Assembly (NCBI GenBank): GCA_963778115.1
Contig: CAVZSV010000004.1
Coordinates: forward strand, 2,368,001 to 2,432,000
Reading direction: 5' to 3'
Source of the DNA: an uncultured delta proteobacterium
GTDB taxonomy: Bacteria; Bdellovibrionota; FAC87; UBA2466
Length of the DNA stretch: 64,000 bases
Position 1 is the first letter of the stretch, and each line of letters opens with the position of its first letter. The position numbers and the translations under genes were made by a program. Below the pieces are notes generated by a model. The model saw nothing but the letters and a program-made list of their open reading frames with translations, was not told the DNA's origin and made no database searches. Shown here one piece after another: positions 29,480 to 39,142 of this stretch.

Positions 29480-30160
29480 ATGCGCCACGGCAAGCTCACC
29501 ACAACTAAGTTAGCTAAGTTCGTTCCCCGGATTCTAGTGACCGGCGGACCCACCAGGGCTTATCTCGACCCCGTAAGGTTTCTATCCAACGTTTCGACCG
29601 GTGCTTTGGCTTACGAGGTGTGTTGCCAGATAAGAAGACGGGGGAACCCCTTAGTCGCGGTCATTGGCCCGAGCGGCCTTCCTTTTGAGAAGCTGCGGTT
29701 AAATGAGCTTTCTCGCGTGGAAACCAACGACGAGATGCGGCGGGAAATATTGAGATTGTGCCGAAGTTTTAAACCGACGGCCGCGGTCTTTTCGGCGGCG
29801 GTCTTGGATTTTGCTCCTGAACTTCTTGTGTCGAGCAAAGTGACCTCTTCCACGCCTTGGAATATTCGATTGGTACCTACTCCGAAAATTGTCGATGAAA
29901 TTGGCGTGAAGTTTCCCTGGATCAGACGGATTGCGTTTAAGTTAGAGTCCGAACGTTTAGGGAAAAAAGCTCGGAGTGATTTTGGATTTCATTACTTGAA
30001 ATCGAAAGGGTTGCACGGGCTGTGCTTAAATTTTCTCGCGGACGTAAACGACAAATCCCATAGAGCCTATCTTTTCGATGAAAACGGATTTATCACGGAA
30101 GTTCATACCAAGAGAGAAATCGCTTCTTGGATAGCCAAGAAAATTAATGTTCGACCGTAA
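29480..30160 (+). CDS. Stand-alone CoaB-like phosphopantothenate-cysteine ligase domain
   Basis: ILVTGGPTRAYLDPVRFLSNVSTG, SAAVLDF, PTPKI and AFKLES motifs. No CoaC flavoprotein domain. Start uncertain. Confidence 0.8.
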   Translation: MRHGKLTTTKLAKFVPRILVTGGPTRAYLDPVRFLSNVSTGALAYEVCCQIRRRGNPLVAVIGPSGLPFEKLRLNELSRVETNDEMRREILRLCRSFKPTAAVFSAAVLDFAPELLVSSKVTSSTPWNIRLVPTPKIVDEIGVKFPWIRRIAFKLESERLGKKARSDFGFHYLKSKGLHGLCLNFLADVNDKSHRAYLFDENGFITEVHTKREIASWIAKKINVRP

Positions 30161-31124
30161 TCTCGTTTTGACGAGCCGACTCGTATTGAGCGAGTTTGTT
30201 GTAAAGGGTCTTTACCGTAATGCCCATGGCAGTAGCGGCTTTCGTCTTGTTCCCGGTAAAGTGTTCCAACACCTTTAAAATGTGCCGTTTCTCCACTTGA
30301 TCCAGTAGAAAACTTCCAGAGCCGTCGAAATAATCGTTTTCTGTCCCGGGATTTTTAATATTAAACGGGATATCCGATTCGGTAATGATGTCACTTTCCA
30401 CGAGGATTTTAAAACGCTCAACGGTATTTTGTAACTCTCGGACATTTCCCGGCCACGGATAGCGTTTGAGGATCTCCATGGCGCGTGGAGTGATGGACTG
30501 TACGGAACTATGGCCAAGATTATCGTCTTTTAAGAAATTCTCAATAAGCAGGGGGATATCTTCGGGCCGTTTCCGAAGTGGGGTGATCCGGAGTGTTACC
30601 GTATTGATACGATAAAAGAGATCTTCCCGGAACTTTCCATTCTTAACTTGGCTCTCTAAATCCTTGTTGGTGGCGGAGATGATACGGACATCGACGTGAA
30701 TAGGCGCTTTTCCGCCAACGCGATAGATCTCTCCTTCTTGCAAGAAACGAAGTAGTTTCGCCTGCGCTTCCATTCCCATTTCGCCGATTTCGTCGAGAAA
30801 TAGCGTTCCGCCATGGGCGACTTCGACCAGCCCCTTTTTCTGAAAGAGAGCACCGGTGAAAGCCCCTTTTTCGTGCCCGAAGAGTTCGCTAAGTAGTAGG
30901 GTTTCTTGGATAGCGCCACAATTAAGAGAGACGATTGGCCTAGAGGTTCGCGGAGAACGCTCATGAATTCGTTTTGCAATCAGCTCTTTGCCGGTGCCGC
31001 TTTCGCCCTGGATTAAAACGGCGACGTCGGCTGGCGCTATCTTGTCCGACATCTGTAATAAATTCAGAGTCGGCGTGTGTGTCGTCAAAAAGGCAGGACC
31101 GCCCAAGCGTGTGGCTTTAGCCAT
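30144..31124 (-). CDS. sigma54-dependent enhancer-binding protein without an N-terminal regulatory domain
   Basis: GESGTGKE, ELFGHEKGAFTGA, LFLDEIGE, FREDLFYR, WPGNVRELQN and a Fis-type HTH. The AAA+ domain starts about 25 aa after the likely ATG at 31124. Confidence 0.93.
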   Translation of the reverse strand: MAKATRLGGPAFLTTHTPTLNLLQMSDKIAPADVAVLIQGESGTGKELIAKRIHERSPRTSRPIVSLNCGAIQETLLLSELFGHEKGAFTGALFQKKGLVEVAHGGTLFLDEIGEMGMEAQAKLLRFLQEGEIYRVGGKAPIHVDVRIISATNKDLESQVKNGKFREDLFYRINTVTLRITPLRKRPEDIPLLIENFLKDDNLGHSSVQSITPRAMEILKRYPWPGNVRELQNTVERFKILVESDIITESDIPFNIKNPGTENDYFDGSGSFLLDQVEKRHILKVLEHFTGNKTKAATAMGITVKTLYNKLAQYESARQNEITVEH

Positions 31125-31287
31125 ATGCCCCCCAATATACCCATGTAAATCATGCACTTGCCGCAACCGGAGCTAAACCAGGAGTCATCTCAAGTTCCAT
31201 TCGAACTCCATTTGACTAGACTTGTTTAACGCCAGTCCCCATGCGACTAGCCTTAAAAAACTTACAATTTGTTAAGCATTGTAGCAA

Positions 31288-32457
31288 CTAAAAATTACAT
31301 AGCACTCGGAAGTAACTTCTTAGGTGTCGGAGGAAGTCGAGGAGGGTTCGTGTGCGGGTACGATCGGTGACTTGGGTCGCAGTACTCAGACAATTGCTCA
31401 TTCGCTGAAGGGAAAGGAGTGGTTTAAATTTCATGAATCGGGTAATGCTTCGATAATTATCGTCGTCTCCCAACTCCAGTCGGTCGGCGATCTGTCTTCG
31501 CGCTTGCAAGACATCAGCGGGTAAAACAAAACCATTTTTCCCTAAGGGAAAAGCGTTCATGTGACGGTGGCAAATTTCAATGCCGCGAGGAACTTTTAGC
31601 GCTTCCGCCAAAGCATAAGGAAAGCTGATCGTTCCCAAAAAAAGACGAGCGCCCGAAATCAGAGAGGCTAATCTAAAGTGATCCGAGGTTTCGATGAATT
31701 CGCTTTGAGCGATCGCACTTTGTTCCCATTCCGCTCTATGGCCTACAAACACTACTCTGGGTAGTCCCGTTAGTAGATGCTTCCAATAACTTTCAGGATA
31801 ACTTCTCCAGTTATGAGTCAGCGAAATCACGACAGAGTTTTTGGTCTCTAGCGCGGGAGGAACCTGCATCCACGGATCATGCAGATCGGGCGAAATTCCC
31901 AGAGTCGCACCGAATAGTTCTCCTAAATGAGCGGGCGGATCGTCGACGGGAAAGCGACAGAATTTAGGGCTGACATCATATATTTTCTTTCCGGCTCGGT
32001 GTCTTGCGACTCGACGGAAGCAATCTAAATTGTAGTCAATTCCGGCAATCCCGTGGCCTAGATCTTCTAAAGGCACTTTGCACTGGGTGATGCTGACCTC
32101 TTCGAGATATTCCTGTGCGAGTAATAAAGGAAGTATCTGCTTTGCGGCAGCAAGAGAAAAATGGCGGAGGGGTTCATCCGAAGGCAAATAAACATTCAAC
32201 ACGAGATGAGTGATGCCCATCTCCCGACAAGTGGGAAGCGCATAGACGATATCTCCCAGTTTTCCGCTGTGAATGGCCACTTTTCCGACGGGGCTTATAC
32301 GAGGGAGAGGGCTCGCCTTTTTTTCGTGATATAGCAATTCGATAGGAATACTTCGCCAAGGCGTTTTCTCGACGGGTCTACCGACCCGGGGAGCCTCGCC
32401 TTTTCTTACCCTTGGCTCGGTCCTCGGCAGTTCTATGGGTAGCGACTCTTCTATCAT
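31288..32457 (-). CDS. Glycosyltransferase, GT9/heptosyltransferase-like (GT-B)
   Basis: HSGKLGDIVYALP, WRSYP..YW, and LASLISGARLFLG..S...ALAEAL.VP motifs. Confidence 0.65.
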   Translation of the reverse strand: MIEESLPIELPRTEPRVRKGEAPRVGRPVEKTPWRSIPIELLYHEKKASPLPRISPVGKVAIHSGKLGDIVYALPTCREMGITHLVLNVYLPSDEPLRHFSLAAAKQILPLLLAQEYLEEVSITQCKVPLEDLGHGIAGIDYNLDCFRRVARHRAGKKIYDVSPKFCRFPVDDPPAHLGELFGATLGISPDLHDPWMQVPPALETKNSVVISLTHNWRSYPESYWKHLLTGLPRVVFVGHRAEWEQSAIAQSEFIETSDHFRLASLISGARLFLGTISFPYALAEALKVPRGIEICHRHMNAFPLGKNGFVLPADVLQARRQIADRLELGDDDNYRSITRFMKFKPLLSLQRMSNCLSTATQVTDRTRTRTLLDFLRHLRSYFRVLCNF

Positions 32458-33470
32458 TGGTTAGCCGAAACTTTGATAGGATCGATGTTTAACAATTGAA
32501 CCCATTGCCTACGTATCTCCTCTTTCCAAAAGAGGCATTCGTTGACGAAGTTCTTGTTCTTTAGCGCGGATTCAATATTTTCCCGGATATTGCAGGTTTC
32601 GGTCAAGGAGATAAAGGGAGTGGGAGCGGCTTTCGCTTCTCCAAGAGAATCCACCACGAGCACTGCAGGCTTCAAAAGAGAGTTGGCGAGTATAGCGAAT
32701 CCCGGACTTGAAGTGACGACGACATCGGAGTTTTCCATCAGTTCCAAGTAGTCGGAGGCTTCATAAGAATATTTAATTTGCTCAGGAAAGAGAGCTGAAA
32801 AGCGCATGAAATCGTCCATGGTTGGCGCGATGACATCTACGGTGGCATCCTGGGAAAGCCGTGTGACACTCTGACATAGTTTTCTGAGGGTAGTCTCGTT
32901 AAGTCTAGCTCCAGGTCTTTGGCTGTGTTGTAAGATGGCCGCAATTTTTAAATTCCCTGACTGAAGTTGAGGGCGCGCCAGCCCTCCATGTTTCGAAGCA
33001 AAGAGGGTCGGACAAGGCAGGAGCTGGGCGTTTAGATCATACCGCTGCAACCATTGGAGAGTTGCCCTGTCTTTCGCTGTAATGACATTATGGGGTCGAC
33101 TGAAACAAACAAGTTCTGCGGGAGAAAAGTGCACGGGTTGTTCCGGCATTTCCATTCCCAATGCCAATAGAGGAACTTCACTCTTAGTGAGACAGCCAAA
33201 AAGCAGTTCCATTTCGCGGCCGTGCCATTGGGAGGTCCCCGCCAAGACTACCGCCGAGAACGGCAACAAGGTTTCATGCCTGAAGGAGTTGGACTCGAGT
33301 TTGGTACGGTGTGTTTTTTGTCCGTCGGTGCGAAGCAGATCTGGATTCTTATCGTAAAGAGCCCAGTTTAGCTTCTTGGGAGTCAGCCCCTCCATCAGGT
33401 TTCTGATCCCTAAAAAGATCCATTCGTGCTCGGGAGTATATTGGCGTGAAGAGGCAACTAGTACGTTCAT
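32454..33470 (-). CDS. Polysaccharide pyruvyltransferase-like protein
   Basis: ITAKD..T...L......LLPCPTLF and a C-terminal VVTS....I.A..L.KP pattern; degenerate. Confidence 0.55.
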   Translation of the reverse strand: MNVLVASSRQYTPEHEWIFLGIRNLMEGLTPKKLNWALYDKNPDLLRTDGQKTHRTKLESNSFRHETLLPFSAVVLAGTSQWHGREMELLFGCLTKSEVPLLALGMEMPEQPVHFSPAELVCFSRPHNVITAKDRATLQWLQRYDLNAQLLPCPTLFASKHGGLARPQLQSGNLKIAAILQHSQRPGARLNETTLRKLCQSVTRLSQDATVDVIAPTMDDFMRFSALFPEQIKYSYEASDYLELMENSDVVVTSSPGFAILANSLLKPAVLVVDSLGEAKAAPTPFISLTETCNIRENIESALKNKNFVNECLFWKEEIRRQWVQLLNIDPIKVSANQ

Positions 33471-33741
33471 AGTAGTGAGTAAGGGTGTTCTAGAGTCTTA
33501 TCGGTAATTGTGGAGCGTGGGTTTAGCAATTGTGGGGGAACGGGCATAATTTTCTCTACGCAAAGCATCAATAAAACTGCCAGTGCGATTGGTGAAGCGA
33601 AGTGGCGAACGTAACTCGTAAAGGGCGTACGAGTGAAGTCAGCAACCATTTGTCTTACAGGTTGCTTGGGCGTTGCTTCGCAATGACCGCTATGTGCTCG
33701 TGATAAAATAATGATCAACACTCACCGGAGCCAATGTCGTC

Positions 33742-35643
33742 ATGGCGCATAACGTCGAAAACCCACTCATCCCCTCCTTTGCATCATCGCTATCCGAATC
33801 CATCTCAAAAGAGAAAACGAGAAGTTGGGTTGGGATTGCGGTCTTTGTAAGTGCCGTCATCGGCTCAATCTCAGTCTACCTTTGGCGGTGTCGATTCGGC
33901 GCGGATCTTACCGACGAAGCTTTCTATATCATTCCCGCTTGGAAAAATTTCTTGATGGGGGACAGGCCTTTTGCCAACGAATACCTAAACGGGATGAGAC
34001 AGTTCGATATTCTAAATTTTCTTCTTATTCGTCCCTGGTTGCCCTATTCGATTCTAGCGATTCGGCGGGCGGCGGTATTGGTCTATGCCCTTTTGCTTCT
34101 TTTTTATACCCAGCTGTTTTTCAAGAAGAAGATGGGACTAACGGCGTCGCTTGCTTTCGTGCTTTGTCTGACCTTCGATTACTTTCTCATGCCCACCTGG
34201 TCCTACAACTGGTGGGTAAGGGACATGGTGCTTTTGCACCATTCGTTATTGTTTCTGGCCAAAGAGCAGCCTGTGTACCGCAAGAAACTGCTTTTTGGAG
34301 CAGGATTTGCCCTCGGCGTGGCGGTAGTCGCTTACAACTCCCTACTACCTACCATCTTAATGGCAGGACTCATTTTGGGGTTTGGGGCCAGCTTTTTTGA
34401 TCGGAGGCAGCCGAACGCTCGTCCCAAGAGAAACCGAAACTTACTGGCCCTGCCCTATATTTTGGGAGCCGTCACCATCTGTTTTCCCGATGCCCTTTAT
34501 CTTTTGACGTCCTACCACCCCTGGCTTGCATCAGTAAGGGCGATGGTCACGATGAGCGATTATGCGGGAGGAGGAGTTCCCCATAAGATCCTAGAGCTTT
34601 CTTCTTTTCTATTTAGAAGGTGGGAGCTCTGGGCACTGCTTGTTACGCTCGTCGTATTTGATTCCGACGCTGCTTGGACTACTCCGCTAAGAGATTTAGA
34701 GTACTGGCCTGAAAAATGGGAGAAAGTAAGGAAGTGGATCTTTGCCCCACTGCTAATTTTAATTTTGAGCCGGTTTTATTATTTTAAGGATCCAGCACAA
34801 GTCCTGGGCGACTATGTCGCTCTTGGAGCATGCGGAGCTATCGTGTTGGCTTTCTTCGCATGGGTCCATAACGACATTTACCTGCTCTTGAGTGTTTCCG
34901 TATCCCTGATGGTGGCAGCGAGTATGGCTATCTCTTCCGCTAATAGCTACTTAGCTTTCTTTTGGGTGATGCCCAGTCTTATTATTCCTTTTCTGGCGTG
35001 TGAGACCGACGATGTGACGGCAAGGCTTCGTCCTTTTCACTGGCAACGGGTGACCAGCGAAGGGTTGGGGCACACACTCTTACTTCTTTTTGTTGGTTAC
35101 GTCAGTTTGGGAACTTTTTGGTATCAACGAAACCATACCTATTACGATGTCCCCCCGGGAAACTGTACGGAGCGACTCTCGATGGCCCCTCTGGAAGGGG
35201 TTCAAACCTCTCCTCGCCGAGCCTTTTTGATCCAAAAGATAGCCGAGCTCGTCGAACTCAAACCCTTCGTTCTCACTTTCTCCGAAATTTCAGGTCCCCT
35301 TCTTTTTTCTAAAGCGAGGCCTTCGATGGATACGGGACTCGTGGAACGAGTCGCTACGGACGAGACCAACCGGCGATCTCTGTTAAAGATGTGGCAAGAG
35401 AACCGGCTACCTTCAATCATTATCAAAGCCAAAATCCGCCCCTGGTACTGGGGAATTCAACATCCGCTGGCACACATTCCGATGGAATATAAGCCCACGG
35501 ATCTCATGGTCCGTTTCACCAATTGTGTTCGCGATGAGACCTTAGCCAGCTTCGAGGAGTTCGATGCCTATTCCGTTAAAGCGGATATGGTAGGGCAATG
35601 TGTGGACGAACTGACTGGGGGAAGCTCCGCAAGCCAAAGCTAA
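33742..35643 (+). CDS. Polytopic membrane protein, GT-C-like
   Basis: Acidic motif after TM1 (DLTDEAFY), roughly 12 TMs, periplasmic C-terminal domain, located in a glycosylation locus. Confidence 0.6.
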   Translation: MAHNVENPLIPSFASSLSESISKEKTRSWVGIAVFVSAVIGSISVYLWRCRFGADLTDEAFYIIPAWKNFLMGDRPFANEYLNGMRQFDILNFLLIRPWLPYSILAIRRAAVLVYALLLLFYTQLFFKKKMGLTASLAFVLCLTFDYFLMPTWSYNWWVRDMVLLHHSLLFLAKEQPVYRKKLLFGAGFALGVAVVAYNSLLPTILMAGLILGFGASFFDRRQPNARPKRNRNLLALPYILGAVTICFPDALYLLTSYHPWLASVRAMVTMSDYAGGGVPHKILELSSFLFRRWELWALLVTLVVFDSDAAWTTPLRDLEYWPEKWEKVRKWIFAPLLILILSRFYYFKDPAQVLGDYVALGACGAIVLAFFAWVHNDIYLLLSVSVSLMVAASMAISSANSYLAFFWVMPSLIIPFLACETDDVTARLRPFHWQRVTSEGLGHTLLLLFVGYVSLGTFWYQRNHTYYDVPPGNCTERLSMAPLEGVQTSPRRAFLIQKIAELVELKPFVLTFSEISGPLLFSKARPSMDTGLVERVATDETNRRSLLKMWQENRLPSIIIKAKIRPWYWGIQHPLAHIPMEYKPTDLMVRFTNCVRDETLASFEEFDAYSVKADMVGQCVDELTGGSSASQS

Positions 35644-35652
35644 GGGGTGCTG

Positions 35653-37317
35653 CTATCGAAAGAAGAACGGCCTAGCCTTTTTTTCAGGGGCGGGAGCTGC
35701 GTGATCGGGCTCAACAGGCGGTAATGGGATCATTCCATTGGGATCGATTCCACACAGTTTTCCCGTGCGAATAAAATTGTCTCTCATCCTGTCCTTAACG
35801 AATTCGGCGTCCTCCATCATTTGGCAGTGAAACTGATCCGCTTGGATCGAGGTCTTAGGTTCCTGGCCTATGGGAAGTCCTCCTTCATATGGAGGACACA
35901 AGAACGCACCACAAGAATCTTTATACAACTTAGCGGCCTTCTTGTCGGAAAGGTAGGCGGCCGAAAGAGAAGCACACAGATTGAATAGGGGAACTACCCG
36001 TTCGCCAAAAATCGATCGTCTCGCATCCGGATCTTTTTGGTCCTCGGCTCGCTTAAAGACACTTTCGAAATTTCGCCGCTTAAAACCCGCGGTTATTCCT
36101 TTGGGACCAGAGAAATTTTCTTCATCTTGTGTTTTCATCTCTTCTTTGATTCGTCGAAGCATCGAACTAGTCAGGCGTTTGGCTACATTCCGCAGTATCG
36201 CCTGACTCCCGTTATTGGCGGCATCTTCGGCAGCTTTCTGTGAACTCTTCCAGTCTTCTCGACGTCCGTAAGCGGCAAATTCCGGGTCAATGGCGTTTTC
36301 AAGGAGGGTGCTCTTTAAATCTAAATTCGTAATGGCCATTCGTAGCCGCTCTTCGGTGTCTTTTTTCTTCTCCGCCGGAGCTTGGGCCCATTCCCTTGCA
36401 GCTTTCAAAAAGGTCTTAAGCTCTGTCGCTCTAAGGGACGACATGCGACTATCTTGTTCACTGAGAATGATGGGGGGAGTTTCAAAAGAATTAGAAATCG
36501 TTTTAAGAATTTCCTCTAAAAATTCTTCCTGTTTCAGGCCCAATGGATCTGGAACCTTTGCGCCCAATAAAGAATAGATGTCGTTGAGTGAAGTGTTGCC
36601 CTTTTCTCCCGCTTTCACCAAGGCGAGATCTTCTAGCAGCCGCTTGAACTTAGCACTTTCAAAGAAAGCCGAGACGGGAAGTTTCACGGTGGGTTCCGGA
36701 GTTGTTTTGTGCTTCCACAGACCGCATGCCATGGCACCGTAGTAAGAGTCGTAAAGAAGACAGGCTTGAGAGGCAAAAGTAATCAAACCGGAAACTGCTT
36801 TTCCGTTCTCTGCGGCCTCCGAAGTTCCATTAGCGATAGCAGCGATCCGGGTCACCATATCTCCGAATCCGCCGACACCCAATTCAGCTGCCCGAACTGC
36901 CGGAGTCTGGGCCGTTCCTGAATGAAGAATTTCGATAGTGGCTCCTGCCAAATTACTCGCGAGGGCTCCTTTGCAGTCGCTATTGATCTTCAATTTCGAA
37001 AGATAATCGAGAAGTGGATCGATACCGCCCACTACCTGTTCGGCGGTGGCTGGAGTGGCTGGTTTTTCTTGTTGCTTTCTAAGTCCCTGGAGAGCGTTGT
37101 CCAAGTAGTTAGTGTCTTTGAGTTCATCTTTGCAGCGTTTGCTAATTTCGTCCAAAGCCGCCGCGATTTTGTTCATCGCATCTTTTAGAGGACTATTAGA
37201 ATCGAAGGGTTTGAGGAAAGGACATTTTTCATTTTTCGTTTCGGTTCCTTTCAGATCCACAGCGATCGCGTTGCCCGAAAGAAAAGCGAAAAGCAGAATG
37301 TAAGCGGAGTTTCTCAC
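35653..37317 (-). CDS. Secreted hypothetical protein (helical, several Cys)
   Basis: 554-aa ORF, signal peptide MRNSAYILLFAFLSGNAIA, no recognised domain. Confidence 0.75.
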   Translation of the reverse strand: MRNSAYILLFAFLSGNAIAVDLKGTETKNEKCPFLKPFDSNSPLKDAMNKIAAALDEISKRCKDELKDTNYLDNALQGLRKQQEKPATPATAEQVVGGIDPLLDYLSKLKINSDCKGALASNLAGATIEILHSGTAQTPAVRAAELGVGGFGDMVTRIAAIANGTSEAAENGKAVSGLITFASQACLLYDSYYGAMACGLWKHKTTPEPTVKLPVSAFFESAKFKRLLEDLALVKAGEKGNTSLNDIYSLLGAKVPDPLGLKQEEFLEEILKTISNSFETPPIILSEQDSRMSSLRATELKTFLKAAREWAQAPAEKKKDTEERLRMAITNLDLKSTLLENAIDPEFAAYGRREDWKSSQKAAEDAANNGSQAILRNVAKRLTSSMLRRIKEEMKTQDEENFSGPKGITAGFKRRNFESVFKRAEDQKDPDARRSIFGERVVPLFNLCASLSAAYLSDKKAAKLYKDSCGAFLCPPYEGGLPIGQEPKTSIQADQFHCQMMEDAEFVKDRMRDNFIRTGKLCGIDPNGMIPLPPVEPDHAAPAPEKKARPFFFR

Positions 37318-37325
37318 GTGTTTGG

Positions 37326-38405
37326 CTAAGCGGAAGCTTCCCGGCGTCGAGTTTTTGGGAGCTTATATGCTCCCCCGACTGTAGTTTCCACACCCGATGA
37401 AGTCAGTGACTGAGTTGCTGCTTCCAAGACGCGAACGACGTCCAGACCATTCTCGCCATCTGAAATAGGTTCCCGGTTCTCGGCGATACAGTTGATAAAA
37501 TGGCGGCACTCGTTCTTAAGAGGCTCACCTAGAGTGATTTTGGGAATTACCAGATCTCCTTCCTGGATGACCGCTTTAAAAGCTTGGATAGTATCGGTGA
37601 TAGTCGATTGGGAACTCGATCTGGTAACCGTTTTGTCATAGATATGAATAGGACCCACCGGATCCATATCATCAAAGACGACCATGCGTTTGGTCCCTAC
37701 CACCACGATTTGGCGTTCCTTGCGGGGATCGAGCCAGCTAACGTGCAGACTAGCCATGACATTATTGGGGTATTTAAAAGAAGCAAATACCACGTCGTGC
37801 ACGGGCGGATTGATATGTTGAATGCCTGTCGCATTCGCGGTCAAAGGGGAGCTACCCAGCCAGTAGTTGAAAATAGCGATATCGTGGGGAGCTAAATCCC
37901 AGAGTGCATTTACGTCTTTGCGAATGGGGCCTAGATTGACCCGCTTCCCATAGATATAAATGATGTCACCTAGTTCATTTCGGGCGATGCGATCTTTCAC
38001 GTACTGTACTGCCGGATTATACAAGAAGACGTGACCAACCATGAGTTTTAACGATTTTTCCCTCGCCATGTCTATCAAAACGCGACACTCTTTCGCCGTT
38101 GTGGCCATGGGCTTTTCGATAAAGAGGTGTTTGCCGGACTGAAGACAGAGGCGCGCGATTTCAAAATGAGTCTCTGTTGGAGTACAAATGGCGACCGCAT
38201 CTACTTCGGGATGGGTAATCACGTCTTTTATTTGGCTTGTGGTTTGTAAACCACGGAAGCGTGAAGCGATAGCGAGTGCTCGCGCCTTATCCAGGTCGCA
38301 AATCATTTTTAGTTCTACCCGAGGGTCGTCGTAGAAATTGCGGACCAGGTTGGGACCCCAGTGGCCCGTACCGATGACAGCAAGCCTCACTTTAACGTCG
38401 GACAT
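37326..38405 (-). CDS. Gfo/Idh/MocA-family oxidoreductase (probable nucleotide-sugar dehydrogenase)
   Basis: VIGTGHWG, EKPM, VGHVFLYNP and WDLAPHD motifs. Confidence 0.9.
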   Translation of the reverse strand: MSDVKVRLAVIGTGHWGPNLVRNFYDDPRVELKMICDLDKARALAIASRFRGLQTTSQIKDVITHPEVDAVAICTPTETHFEIARLCLQSGKHLFIEKPMATTAKECRVLIDMAREKSLKLMVGHVFLYNPAVQYVKDRIARNELGDIIYIYGKRVNLGPIRKDVNALWDLAPHDIAIFNYWLGSSPLTANATGIQHINPPVHDVVFASFKYPNNVMASLHVSWLDPRKERQIVVVGTKRMVVFDDMDPVGPIHIYDKTVTRSSSQSTITDTIQAFKAVIQEGDLVIPKITLGEPLKNECRHFINCIAENREPISDGENGLDVVRVLEAATQSLTSSGVETTVGGAYKLPKTRRREASA

Positions 38406-38417
38406 AAGATCCTCCAG

Positions 38418-39140
38418 CTAGTTTCTAAGTCCTAGCCTAAGCAGTAGTAACGGTCGTAAAATGCTCCACCATCCCGTGATCGGCTTCATTTTCGTGTAGC
38501 CTAGGTTTTTTGGGGGGTAGATTTTAGTTACGGGAACTTCCTGACAGCGAAATCCCAAAGTGATCGCTTTGTAGTAAAGATAGGGTTCAAGCTCATATTG
38601 ATCGAGCCACGCTTGATTCAACTTGATGCGATCATCACTAAGTAATTCGCAACGAAATGCGCGAAACCCGTTGGTCGATTCGGTTACTTTCCTTCCGGTG
38701 AAAAGCGAAAACAGCAAAGGATGTAAGCGTGTTGCCCACTTTCGGTAGTGAGGCATGTCGCCACCGTAACCACCAGTGGGCAAAAACCTAGAGCCTTGGA
38801 CGAAATCGGCCTTCCGGTCCGCGATGGGATCTAACAATCGGGTAATTTCTTTCGGCTCGTCTTTGTTATTCCCCGCGATGACGACTACAACATCATATTT
38901 GCGTTTAGCGTATTCGAAGCCGGTCCTTAGTGCGGCTCCCACACCGCATACGTTGCTCAAAGAGAGTACTGTGGCACCTTCGCTCTTTGCGGCTTCGGCG
39001 GAACTATCGGAAGATCCGTCGTCCACGACAAGAATCTCGTCCGCTAGCCCCACTTCACGAGTCCGCTTTACCACTTGAACAATCTTCTGCTCTTCATTGT
39101 AGCAAGGAGCGATGACGCAAAATGTGAGTCCGCGATACAT
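38418..39140 (-). CDS. GT2 glycosyltransferase, DPM1/polyprenol-phosphate glycosyltransferase-like
   Basis: PCYNEE, VVDDGSSD, GVGAALRTG, VQGSRF and TESTNGFRA motifs. Confidence 0.88.
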   Translation of the reverse strand: MYRGLTFCVIAPCYNEEQKIVQVVKRTREVGLADEILVVDDGSSDSSAEAAKSEGATVLSLSNVCGVGAALRTGFEYAKRKYDVVVVIAGNNKDEPKEITRLLDPIADRKADFVQGSRFLPTGGYGGDMPHYRKWATRLHPLLFSLFTGRKVTESTNGFRAFRCELLSDDRIKLNQAWLDQYELEPYLYYKAITLGFRCQEVPVTKIYPPKNLGYTKMKPITGWWSILRPLLLLRLGLRN

Positions 39141-39142
39141 AG

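Noticed and set aside
33467..33721. 84-aa minus-strand ORF between divergent genes
   Set aside because: No RBS or recognisable motif; it occupies the probable divergent promoter region.
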